Assembly (NCBI GenBank): GCA_026390675.1
Contig: JAPLFM010000175.1
Span: 1-42,998 of the forward strand
Direction of reading: 5' to 3'
From: Candidatus Kapaibacterium sp.
GTDB lineage: Bacteria; Bacteroidota; Ignavibacteria; Kapaibacteriales; UBA2268
Length of the DNA: 42,998 nt
The notes under the pieces were generated by a model. That model did no database searches. It had not been told where the DNA came from and saw nothing but the letters and a program-made list of their open reading frames with translations. A program made the translations under genes and the position numbers. Below are positions 1 to 8,445 of this stretch, one piece after another (positions within the stretch are counted from its first letter, which is position 1; each line of letters starts with the position of its first letter).

Positions 1-225
1 TATAATTTGAGGGTTTGTATTAACAATAATAACGTCACCACTTACTATGGTAACATTATCTGCTGAGGTAGGAACTACAGCACCCGCCCAAGTAGTAGTA
101 GAGTTCCAAGAACCTCCACCTGTACCGTTGGAGCTAATATTAGCTGCCCATACATCAATATTCGCAAACCCAAGCATTGCTGCCATGAATAAGGCGAATA
201 TCAGTATTCGGTTTTTAGCTTTCAT
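1..225 (-). CDS. 5' part of a secreted protein (signal peptide plus G8-like/beta-rich N-terminus); runs off the window edge
   Basis: Manual translation MKAKNRILIFALFMAAMLGFANIDVWAANISSNGTGGGSWNSTTTWAGAVVPTSADNVTIVSGDVIIVNTNPQII, open to base 1; AGGA RBS upstream; the GxWxxxxTW..VP..D.V.I pattern is typical of FCB secreted proteins. Not in the ORF track. Confidence 0.85.
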   Translation of the reverse strand, partial: MKAKNRILIFALFMAAMLGFANIDVWAANISSNGTGGGSWNSTTTWAGAVVPTSADNVTIVSGDVIIVNTNPQII

Positions 226-654
226 AATTTATCCTATAAGATATTATTAAAAATTTATTGAAAAAAGTTTTTTTATTGATTTAGTTCTGTTTTGCTTTAC
301 CGTTTTTTTTGTAGTGGTTTTCTAATCAATAATCCGGAACTTAAAGTAGCCTGGAGATCTAATCTCCGGCATTCTCAAATCGTTCATGAATCCTCCATAA
401 TTTGATTGATAATTATTCCACATCCTGTGTGTTTATTTATTGACTGTGGGATTTTTTTAAAGTTTAAATATTTCATTTTCATACATATATCGTCAAGAAT
501 AGCACAAACTTTAGTAAATTTGTGCAAAACTCTATTTAATTTTGATTTATAAGCACTTATGGCTGTTGCTATTAGCCATAAATTTCTAAATTGTATATTA
601 TTAACCATTTTTGCTGACATTTTTATGTTTTTATAAGCATTATATACTTACTAT

Positions 655-670
655 TTCAATCAAAATGCCA
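655..670 (-). promoter_or_regulatory. possible sigma54 (-24/-12) promoter
   Basis: Minus strand TGGCAT-TTTGA-TTGAA has the TGGCAC-N5-TTGC spacing but an imperfect -12; faces the CDS at 225. Confidence 0.35.
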
Positions 671-916
671 AAGTATTTTTTTCTATTTTCTACCCTACTA
701 TCACTCGCCTACCAATTCAGTCTGTATCTATCTGTAAAGCTATTTAAATTTTTATTTTATGAGGATTGAAACTTTAAAAAATTTCAATATTTCTTGCCTT
801 TTAAGTATAATCTATTAATACGGGTACTATCCGTTGATTTTATAATCGGTTATTCTTTACAATAACTTTAATATTATTTTAAAATAAAGTTATAATTAAG
901 TAAAAATACCGAGAAA

Positions 917-958
917 TTGAATTATGAGTTAATAATTATGAATTATGAATTATGAATT
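917..958 (+). repeat. heptamer tandem array (ATGARTT), about 6 units
   Basis: ttgaatt atgagtt aataatt atgaatt atgaatt atgaatt. Confidence 0.85.
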
Positions 959-973
959 TAGGAAACTTTGTAT

Positions 974-1010
974 AAAAAAAATGTCTGAAACAATTTCGTT
1001 TCAGACATTT
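974..1010 (-). terminator. Rho-independent terminator of the arsR-arsM-four-helix-bundle transcript
   Basis: Stem AAATGTCTGAAAC / GTTTCAGACATTT with a T-run following on the minus strand. Confidence 0.8.
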
Positions 1011-1024
1011 ATATTAGATTCAGG

Positions 1025-1059
1025 ATTAAGTATTAATTATGAATTATGAATTATTAATT
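1025..1059 (+). repeat. degenerate heptamer array (ATGAATT/ATTAATT), about 5 units
   Basis: attaagt attaatt atgaatt atgaatt attaatt, just beyond the stop codon at 1068. Confidence 0.7.
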
Positions 1060-1067
1060 GAATAGTA

Positions 1068-1421
1068 TTATATGATATTTTTTGAGGTTTTGATTATGCT
1101 AGTTATTATTTTCTTAAGCTCAATGGCATCAACTATTATACTATCAAATTGAGTTTGGCTTACATAATCTGTGTTATATAATAGCTCCAGCCAATAAATT
1201 GTTTCATTTATTTCTTTTTGTGCAATGGAAAGTTTATGAATAAAATCAGCTTTACTTTCAGCATTTTCTGATTCTCTTACTAAAGCACCAACCGAAGTTC
1301 CACTTCTTAAAACTTGCTTTGACAATACAAATTCTCTTTTGTCATTAATAAGATACTGGCTAAATTTTACAATTCTAATAGCAAAAGAAAAGCTTTTCTC
1401 TTTAATTATATTTTTTTTCAT
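1068..1421 (-). CDS. four helix bundle protein (TIGR02436 / 23S rRNA IVP / Avd-like)
   Basis: KSFSFAIRIV...LSKQVLRSGTSVGALVRE...SKADFIHKLSIAQKEINETIYWLELL family signature. Confidence 0.93.
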   Translation of the reverse strand: MKKNIIKEKSFSFAIRIVKFSQYLINDKREFVLSKQVLRSGTSVGALVRESENAESKADFIHKLSIAQKEINETIYWLELLYNTDYVSQTQFDSIIVDAIELKKIITSIIKTSKNII

Positions 1422-1446
1422 ACTATTTCTTTAAGCTTATAACAAA

Positions 1447-1551
1447 AACTCATAATTCATAACTCATAACTCATAACTCATAACTCATAATTCATAACTC
1501 ATAATTCTTAATTCATAATTCATAACTCATAATTCATAACTCATAATTCTT
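1447..1551 (+). repeat. heptamer tandem array (AAYTCWT) x15, reverse complement of the 917-1059 arrays
   Basis: 15 consecutive aactcat/aattcat/aattctt units between the arsM stop and the four-helix-bundle start. Confidence 0.95.
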
Positions 1552-1557
1552 AATTAT

Positions 1558-2391
1558 CTAACAGCATCCAGGTTCGCAACAAGATTCTTTCTTTTCACCA
1601 TAAACAGTAATACTTGCAATTGCATTACCACTTAATTTGTATTCAGATAGTTCATCTTTGGAAAGATACTGTAACATTATATCATCAGGTATTTCAATAT
1701 TTTTTTCTTTCTGCACTTTAATATTAGTAAATCCAGCATCAGCCAATCCTTTTAAATAATCTTCTATTTGCATAGCTCCTGAAACACAACCTGCATACAT
1801 CTCACTTGCCTCTTTTACGCCTTTTGGCAGGTTACCTTTTAGTACCACATCGGACACACTAAAATGCCCATTTGGTTTAATGATTCTAAACATTTCAGAA
1901 AATGCTTTTGGTTTATTGGGAACTAAATTGAGCACACAATTAGAAACAACAACATCAACTCTATTTGAAGCAATTGGAATTTTTTCAATTTCGCCAAATC
2001 TAAATTCAACATTATTAAACCCAAGCTTTTCCGAATTTTCTCTAGCTTTGTCAATCATTGCTTCAGTCATATCTATTCCAATTACTTTTCCTGTTTCACC
2101 AGTAATTGCTCTAGCCACAAAACAATCATTACCTGCTCCTGAGCCAAGATCAACAACTGTATCACCTTCTTTGATTAGTGCAAATTCAGTAGGCAAGCCA
2201 CAGCCCAATCCTAAATCAGCATCAGCATTATATCCATCGAGTTTTGAATAATTTTCACTAAAGATAGTATAATCTACAGTTGCACAACCTCCCACACCAC
2301 AGCAAGATGTTTCATTTTCTGTTTTACTCTGCAATGCTATTAGTGAGTATTTTTCTTTCACCATTTCTTTTATTTGAATATCTGTTTCCAT
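1558..2391 (-). CDS. arsM: arsenite S-adenosylmethionine methyltransferase
   Basis: LGLGCGLP, VVDLGSGAGND, SNCVLNL and YAGCVSGA motifs; N- and C-terminal CC pairs; adjacent arsR. Confidence 0.93.
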   Translation of the reverse strand: METDIQIKEMVKEKYSLIALQSKTENETSCCGVGGCATVDYTIFSENYSKLDGYNADADLGLGCGLPTEFALIKEGDTVVDLGSGAGNDCFVARAITGETGKVIGIDMTEAMIDKARENSEKLGFNNVEFRFGEIEKIPIASNRVDVVVSNCVLNLVPNKPKAFSEMFRIIKPNGHFSVSDVVLKGNLPKGVKEASEMYAGCVSGAMQIEDYLKGLADAGFTNIKVQKEKNIEIPDDIMLQYLSKDELSEYKLSGNAIASITVYGEKKESCCEPGCC

Positions 2392-2402
2392 ATTTTCTCC
2401 AT

Positions 2403-2735
2403 TTAGCAGTTACAAGCTGCCAAATCTATACTTTTATTTAAAAATTTATCAATTAGTTTTTTTATATTTAAAAGAGCATCATTATTTATACAATAGCAAA
2501 CGTTTTTACCATTTATTTCACCTTTGATTATACCAGCCTCTTTTAGCTCATTCAAATGCTGGGTAACAGTTGTTCTACTTAATGGTAGTTCTAAAGCGAT
2601 ATTACCCGAAAAGCAAATATTCTTTTCAGCCAAATAGATAATAATAGCTAATCTTGCTGGATGAGAAAGTGCTTTATTTATTCTTGCCAAGTCCTGCAGT
2701 TCTTGACTAAAATTTTCGGCTTTTGATGTTGACAT
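2403..2735 (-). CDS. arsR: ArsR/SmtB family repressor
   Basis: KALSHPARLAII...TVTQHLNELKEAGII...VCYCIN winged HTH; Cys-rich C-terminus. Confidence 0.9.
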   Translation of the reverse strand: MSTSKAENFSQELQDLARINKALSHPARLAIIIYLAEKNICFSGNIALELPLSRTTVTQHLNELKEAGIIKGEINGKNVCYCINNDALLNIKKLIDKFLNKSIDLAACNC

Positions 2736-2773
2736 ATAGTATTATATATAAATGTTTTTAAATATTTGTTATT

Positions 2774-2794
2774 TCGTATGACGTAAACATACGA
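2774..2794. promoter_or_regulatory. probable ArsR operator
   Basis: Inverted repeat TCGTATG-N7-CATACGA about 40 bp upstream of the arsR start. Confidence 0.6.
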
Positions 2795-2899
2795 CATATT
2801 ATTTTAATATTAAAATAAAATTTTAAAATAATTAGTTTATTTGATAAATTAATATTAATTTAATATTATTAAATATTATTAATTTCACTTTTCTTAAAA

Positions 2900-5617
2900 A
2901 TGAACTATCCTTACAATAGCGATAATACACTTAATAAATTAATAAATTCAAATTCTTATTGCATTTTTGTAGTTGATTTGGACTATAACTATACCTATTG
3001 TAATGAAACATTACTCAACAAGCTAGATTTTACATCTGATTATCTATTATCATTAAAAATTGATTCCCTTATCCACCAAGAAGATTTCAATGCTTTTTCA
3101 AATGTATTTAAAAATTGCATTGAAGATTCAACATTAAATTTAGAAATAAACATAAGACTTAGAACAAAAAACAACTCTTATTTAGACACTCAGTTAGATC
3201 TTTCATCAATTATTAATGATAATGGTCAAGTTGGTGGTGTTTTATGCTTAGGGACAATAAAAAGACAATATAATATTGAAAACGAATTATTAGACAACAA
3301 AATTTTATTTTCAGAGGGTCATGCAGTTATTTTCAAATGGTCATCTGATAGAGAAGTAATTAAAACTCTTTACGTATCTGAAAATTGTAAATTGTTTGGA
3401 TATAAAAGTGAAGACTTAATAGGTAAATCATTTTTAGATTTTATTCATCCTGATGATTTTTCAAAAAGTAGAGAATCTTATAATAGGGCATTTGAAAATA
3501 TCAAGAACAATGACAAAGATTCTCAAAAATATTTAGAATTGACTTATAGATTTTTATGCAAAGACGGACAATATAAATGGGTGCAAGATTATAGCTATCC
3601 AATTTTCGAAGATTTCGAAATTAGATATGTTTATGGATACATAATAGATGTAAATGAACTTGTACTAGCTCGTGAAATGATTTCGGAAAGTGAAACTAGA
3701 TTTAAAGATATGGCTAATTCCGTACCTGTTATAATTTGGAAAGAAGATGCTGATAGCAATTGTACTTACGTAAACAATGCTTGGACTGAATTTACAGGAG
3801 AAAGTTTTGAAAAATCTCTAGGTAAAGGCTGGTCTGCTTTAGTTCACAAAGATGATAAAAGTATTTTAGATAGATTAAATAGAAAAGACTTGATTGAATT
3901 CAAACCATTTGAAGTGGAATATAGATTAAAGTCAGCAAATGGTGAATATAGATGGGTAATGGATAAAGGTATTCCAAGATTTGATTCTAATAATAAATTT
4001 ATAGGGTATATAGGTAGTTGTGTTGATTTAACTGATCAAAAAAATGCTGCACACGAAATAATTGAAAAAAACAAAAACTTAGAAAGAGCTTTGATTGAAG
4101 CTGAAAGATTAAGCATGATTGTAAATAAAACTACTAATGTAGTTATTTTAGCAGATGCTAATGGCAAAATTGCTTGGGTTAATAAAGCATTTACCGATCA
4201 TACTGGTTATAGTTTTGAAGATGCACTAAACCAAATACCTGAAGATTTAATACAAGGTCCATTAACTGATTTTAAAACCAAGATGGCTATAAAAAAAGCT
4301 ATGACTGATAGAAAATCAATTAGAACAGAAATATTAAATTATACAAAGGATAAAAATACTTTTTGGGTGGAGTTATCTATTGATCCTCTTTATAATAACT
4401 ATGGAATTTTTGAAGGTTATATTGGTATTTTGAATGATATTTCAGAAAGAAGAGATATTGAAGATAAGATAGTTGAACAAAACCTCCAATTAAGTTATTT
4501 TCAAAAAGCATTAAACTCTTCTACTTACATCACAATAATTGACCAAAATTGTCTTATAACTGAAATTAATCAAAAATTTGAAACTATTTCCGGTTTTCCA
4601 AAACAAAAATTAATTGGCACTAAACCAAATATATTTATTGAAGGATTTTTAGAAGAAAGTCAATTTATTGAATTAAATAAAATCTCAGAAAATAAAAGCT
4701 ATTGGAGAGGCGAAGTTGTTGAACTTAAATCCGATGGAAGTCAATTTTGGTTAGATACTACTGTAATACCATTATATAATGTAATAAATGAGCATATTGG
4801 ATTTATTTCAGTTGGTATAAATATTACCAACAGATTAGAATATCAACAAAAATTAAAAGACTTCAATACAATCCTTGAACAAAAAATTACTGAAAGAACT
4901 ACTATACTTCAAAATATTAATGAAGAAAAAGATCATCTATTAGCAATAGTTAGCCACGATTTAAAGAATCCTCTTGCTGGGCTAATGTTGAATATCGAGT
5001 TATTAGAAAATTTAGCGATTAAAAATAATGACTCTATTTTGCTAAATAGAGCTAAGAATATTTCTAAAGCTACTAAACACATGCAAGACATTATTTCAAA
5101 AATACTGGATGCTTATAGGATGGAAACAGGTAATTTAAGTCCAAAACCTGCTACTTTTCTTCTATGGGATTTACTTAAAGTTTGTATTGATGAAATTTCA
5201 GTACAAGCTAATAATAAGAATCTTAATATAAGTGTTAAAGGTAATACTCATATTCAAATGAATAATGACTATCTATTTGTTTATCAAATTGTAGATAATC
5301 TAATTTCTAATGCAATTAAATATTCTAAAATTGATGGTGAAATTCAACTTGATGTTTCTACCAAAAAAGGAGATTTGATTTTTAAAGTTATTGATTGTGG
5401 TGTAGGAATTCCAGAAGACGAAATTCATTTAATTTTTGATAAATTTTCAAAAGTATCATCTTGGCCAACTGCTGGTGAAGTAAAAACAGGAATTGGTTTA
5501 TCAACAGTGAAAAAACTTTCTGAACTTCTTAATGGTACGATTACTTGCAAAAGCAAAATTGATTCAGGCTCAGTTTTCTGTTTAACAATTCCATTAGATT
5601 ATATACAAATTATTTAA
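2900..5617 (+). CDS. multi-PAS sensor histidine kinase
   Basis: Several PAS/PAC repeats (IHPDD, VHKDD), H-box SHDLKNPL, N-box NLISNAIKYS, G-boxes DCGVGI and TGIGLS. Confidence 0.93.
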   Translation: MNYPYNSDNTLNKLINSNSYCIFVVDLDYNYTYCNETLLNKLDFTSDYLLSLKIDSLIHQEDFNAFSNVFKNCIEDSTLNLEINIRLRTKNNSYLDTQLDLSSIINDNGQVGGVLCLGTIKRQYNIENELLDNKILFSEGHAVIFKWSSDREVIKTLYVSENCKLFGYKSEDLIGKSFLDFIHPDDFSKSRESYNRAFENIKNNDKDSQKYLELTYRFLCKDGQYKWVQDYSYPIFEDFEIRYVYGYIIDVNELVLAREMISESETRFKDMANSVPVIIWKEDADSNCTYVNNAWTEFTGESFEKSLGKGWSALVHKDDKSILDRLNRKDLIEFKPFEVEYRLKSANGEYRWVMDKGIPRFDSNNKFIGYIGSCVDLTDQKNAAHEIIEKNKNLERALIEAERLSMIVNKTTNVVILADANGKIAWVNKAFTDHTGYSFEDALNQIPEDLIQGPLTDFKTKMAIKKAMTDRKSIRTEILNYTKDKNTFWVELSIDPLYNNYGIFEGYIGILNDISERRDIEDKIVEQNLQLSYFQKALNSSTYITIIDQNCLITEINQKFETISGFPKQKLIGTKPNIFIEGFLEESQFIELNKISENKSYWRGEVVELKSDGSQFWLDTTVIPLYNVINEHIGFISVGINITNRLEYQQKLKDFNTILEQKITERTTILQNINEEKDHLLAIVSHDLKNPLAGLMLNIELLENLAIKNNDSILLNRAKNISKATKHMQDIISKILDAYRMETGNLSPKPATFLLWDLLKVCIDEISVQANNKNLNISVKGNTHIQMNNDYLFVYQIVDNLISNAIKYSKIDGEIQLDVSTKKGDLIFKVIDCGVGIPEDEIHLIFDKFSKVSSWPTAGEVKTGIGLSTVKKLSELLNGTITCKSKIDSGSVFCLTIPLDYIQII

Positions 5618-5745
5618 AGCAAGGTCTAAAACAATTTTAAAGTTTACTTATCATTCTATACTTACTTAAATGGTTATTTTTTAAATAGTATAGAATGGAT
5701 AAATAAATAATTTGAAAGACTTGATTTTTAAAACTCTAAGAGATA

Positions 5746-8214
5746 CTACTTCTGAATAACAAATGGCTTGTCAATAACTTTGTCAAATTGTTTGAGTTCT
5801 ATAAAATAAATACCACTAGACAATTCTAAAAATGGGATTTCTAACTCAAATTCTCCTGCATTTTTAAAACCTTTAAATAAGTTAATTAAGGTTTGTCCAT
5901 TTGAATTTAATATATTAATCTCAATTTTTGAATCATTAGAAATTACATATTTTGCTTTAGTCCCTGCATTTGTAATTGGATTTGGGCTAATGTCAAATAT
6001 CTTTGTTGTTAAGGCTTCACTATCATTTACTGGGTTTGTGCTTTGAAGAGTTGCTGACACATCTAAAATATATTTAACAGAACATTCATCTTCAATTCCT
6101 ATCATATCAACAACTGATGATGAATTGGAAGAACCTAGACTAGGGTTGAATGAAATTTTCACTAATATTGAATCTCCAATATTAAAAGCTTTAGTTTTAT
6201 CCCATTCAACTGCTTCAATTTTAAATCCTACATTGTTTTTTTGTAATTTAATATCTTTAATTTTAATATTTTTCTTACTTTCATTTTTAAGTATTATTTC
6301 TTTATTCATTGAATTAGAATTTTGTTTAAATATACCAAATTTTCTTTCACTTGCAGAAGTAATCCTAGTTGCAATATTTTCAATTGAAATAATAGTATCA
6401 TTTCCAGCCTTATCTTTAAAAACTATAACTGCTTTTGAATCAGAAAATGGATTTATAGGAGTTAAATTCCAAGTCGCTTTCCCAGTATTACCAGAAATAA
6501 TATTTGAAACTTTAAATCTATAATTATATGAAAAACTGGAATCTAAAAACATATATGCATCTGCAAGTTTTGAACTTGCGTTACTATTTATAATATCTGT
6601 AACATCTGCAATTGTATTTATTCCAACAGATCCATCACAGTCTATAGTATATTTAGGAATTGGTTTTGCGAAATCTTGAGTTTCAATTTGAGCCATAGCT
6701 GTAGAAGTTGGATAACCATAAGAATCATTCATATCACTTCCATAAGAATAACAAGCAAATTTATATCCAGAGAGGCTTCTTACTCTTAAAACTCCTGATG
6801 AAGGTACATTAATAGTTTTACTAGTAAAACGTTTGTCTTTGATTAATATATTTTTGAATTTTCTTTCTTTCCCTTCTAAAGTGTTCAGCTTTTCATAATT
6901 CCATTGATTTCCATTCCAAGTTCCAAGCTCAATATCATCAGGTAAATTACCATTTTGATCTAATTCACACACAATGCTCATATAATTATTTTTCATAATG
7001 AAACCACCTGCAGCATTTATAGCTGCAAACATAATATCACTTTGAAATTGTTCTAAAGGTGTCAAATTCATTTGAAATGGGTCTGATTCGTTAGATGTAG
7101 CATCGTCATTTGAACCTGGATTGTAATATACTATTGAGAAAGGTTTATCGGCTGAATAAATTACAGGGTAAATTGAATTTGAATCATATTGATTAGTTGC
7201 TCTATCTTCATACCAACCTTGTTCAATTTTACCACCAGCTGTTCTAATTGTTTTATAAAACTTTCCGTCTTTGTAAATTTTAGTATCAGGATATTTAGCA
7301 AATACTCTAATAATACCAGGTTTTTTTCTATTTTCACATACTGGAATTAATATATTCTGCCCCCAAGTATCAGTTGGAAGCTCCATTTCGGCATTGTAAT
7401 CACAAGCATTAACATCAAGTGGTATATTAGCACAAAGAACCCCAGAAGTTACGGCAACTGGATAATTTGATGTTATTTTGGAACCAGACATTTCCATTAA
7501 TGGTGATTTAGTGCCTAAAACATAAACATCACCTTTTTGAAGATTAAAGTTTACAGATTTGCCAAATGTGAGGACTGAATCAGAAGTTTCAATTTGCGAA
7601 ATCCCATCACCACCCATTGTGAATTTTACTTCTGTATTGTCATAAGCCGCTGTTATTAAAGTCCAAGCTGGAGAACCACTCCAATATGAAGCTGTATAAG
7701 GGGAAACAATATATTCATTGCCTAAAGCATTATTAGGTAGTGCAAGAAATCCATCAGATGAGAATTTAAATCTTATTATTACATAAACTACAATAGGATT
7801 TTCACTTTTAATATGAATTCCTCTTTGCTGATAAACTTTTGCTTTTGGAGTTAAAGTCATTAAAAAATGTCTGAATGGCTGTCCTTCAGAAGCATCCAAA
7901 TCAAATACAGCCAAGCCACCTGCTTGAATCTCTTTTGTTTGATTATATCCAATACCTTCTATTTCGCAATTAACAAAATTTCTATTAGGGCTAACACAAT
8001 AAATTCTAAAAAAACTTTTATCCGAATTTTCATCTTCATAACAAGGTGGTATAGAAAACCAATATTCTCTTCCTGCACTTGTTGTTCCAGCTATAATAGG
8101 TAACTTTTTCATTATTTCAGTTTCATCAAACTTTTCCCCTGCTTTTAAGCTCATCGATAAAGCTCCAGCAAAAAGTAAAGTGATCAATAGAAACTTTTGT
8201 AAAAACTTAGTCAT
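5746..8214 (-). CDS. IgGFc-binding-domain secreted protein with one Ig-like domain and a T9SS-type CTD
   Basis: Signal peptide, GREYW, SSDGFLALP..ALGNEY, DSYGYP motifs; C-terminal ISPNP...LSSGIYFI. Confidence 0.8.
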   Translation of the reverse strand: MTKFLQKFLLITLLFAGALSMSLKAGEKFDETEIMKKLPIIAGTTSAGREYWFSIPPCYEDENSDKSFFRIYCVSPNRNFVNCEIEGIGYNQTKEIQAGGLAVFDLDASEGQPFRHFLMTLTPKAKVYQQRGIHIKSENPIVVYVIIRFKFSSDGFLALPNNALGNEYIVSPYTASYWSGSPAWTLITAAYDNTEVKFTMGGDGISQIETSDSVLTFGKSVNFNLQKGDVYVLGTKSPLMEMSGSKITSNYPVAVTSGVLCANIPLDVNACDYNAEMELPTDTWGQNILIPVCENRKKPGIIRVFAKYPDTKIYKDGKFYKTIRTAGGKIEQGWYEDRATNQYDSNSIYPVIYSADKPFSIVYYNPGSNDDATSNESDPFQMNLTPLEQFQSDIMFAAINAAGGFIMKNNYMSIVCELDQNGNLPDDIELGTWNGNQWNYEKLNTLEGKERKFKNILIKDKRFTSKTINVPSSGVLRVRSLSGYKFACYSYGSDMNDSYGYPTSTAMAQIETQDFAKPIPKYTIDCDGSVGINTIADVTDIINSNASSKLADAYMFLDSSFSYNYRFKVSNIISGNTGKATWNLTPINPFSDSKAVIVFKDKAGNDTIISIENIATRITSASERKFGIFKQNSNSMNKEIILKNESKKNIKIKDIKLQKNNVGFKIEAVEWDKTKAFNIGDSILVKISFNPSLGSSNSSSVVDMIGIEDECSVKYILDVSATLQSTNPVNDSEALTTKIFDISPNPITNAGTKAKYVISNDSKIEINILNSNGQTLINLFKGFKNAGEFELEIPFLELSSGIYFIELKQFDKVIDKPFVIQK

Positions 8215-8308
8215 ACATTGTACTCCAAATAGTTTTATAATAGTATTTTATTTAATTTTATTTTCAAGTTTTACAATATATCTAATTTTTTGTACATATA
8301 CTTAAATT

Positions 8309-8338
8309 TATTAACAGTTAACTGAAGGTTTTGTTACA
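8309..8338 (-). promoter_or_regulatory. ECF-sigma-like promoter, copy 1
   Basis: TGTAAC-N16-TGTTAATA; identical boxes and spacing at 13127-13156. Confidence 0.55.
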
Positions 8339-8385
8339 CAATTTTTGAAAATAGTTTGTTTTATTTTGTTTACGAATATTATTAC

Positions 8386-8423
8386 AAAAAAAAGCCCTCA
8401 AACACATTTGTTTGAGGGCTTTT
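8386..8423 (-). terminator. Rho-independent terminator
   Basis: AAAAGCCCTCAAAC / GTTTGAGGGCTTTT stem with a T-run on the minus strand, just after the stop at 8446. Confidence 0.85.
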
Positions 8424-8445
8424 AATTTATAAGATTGTGGTAGAA

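Noticed and set aside
47-250. 67-aa plus-strand ORF
   Set aside because: Antisense shadow of the real minus-strand CDS 1..225.
384-620. 78-aa minus-strand ORF
   Set aside because: No recognisable motif or RBS; AT-rich intergenic/promoter region.
1068-1421. Four-helix-bundle gene as Avd of a diversity-generating retroelement, or as an rRNA IVS
   Set aside because: No reverse transcriptase, no TR/VR pair with adenine-specific mismatches and no rRNA sequence seen in the window.
1447-1551. Heptamer array (and the 39-bp rsmI repeats) as a CRISPR array
   Set aside because: Tandem units without unique spacers; no cas genes in the window.
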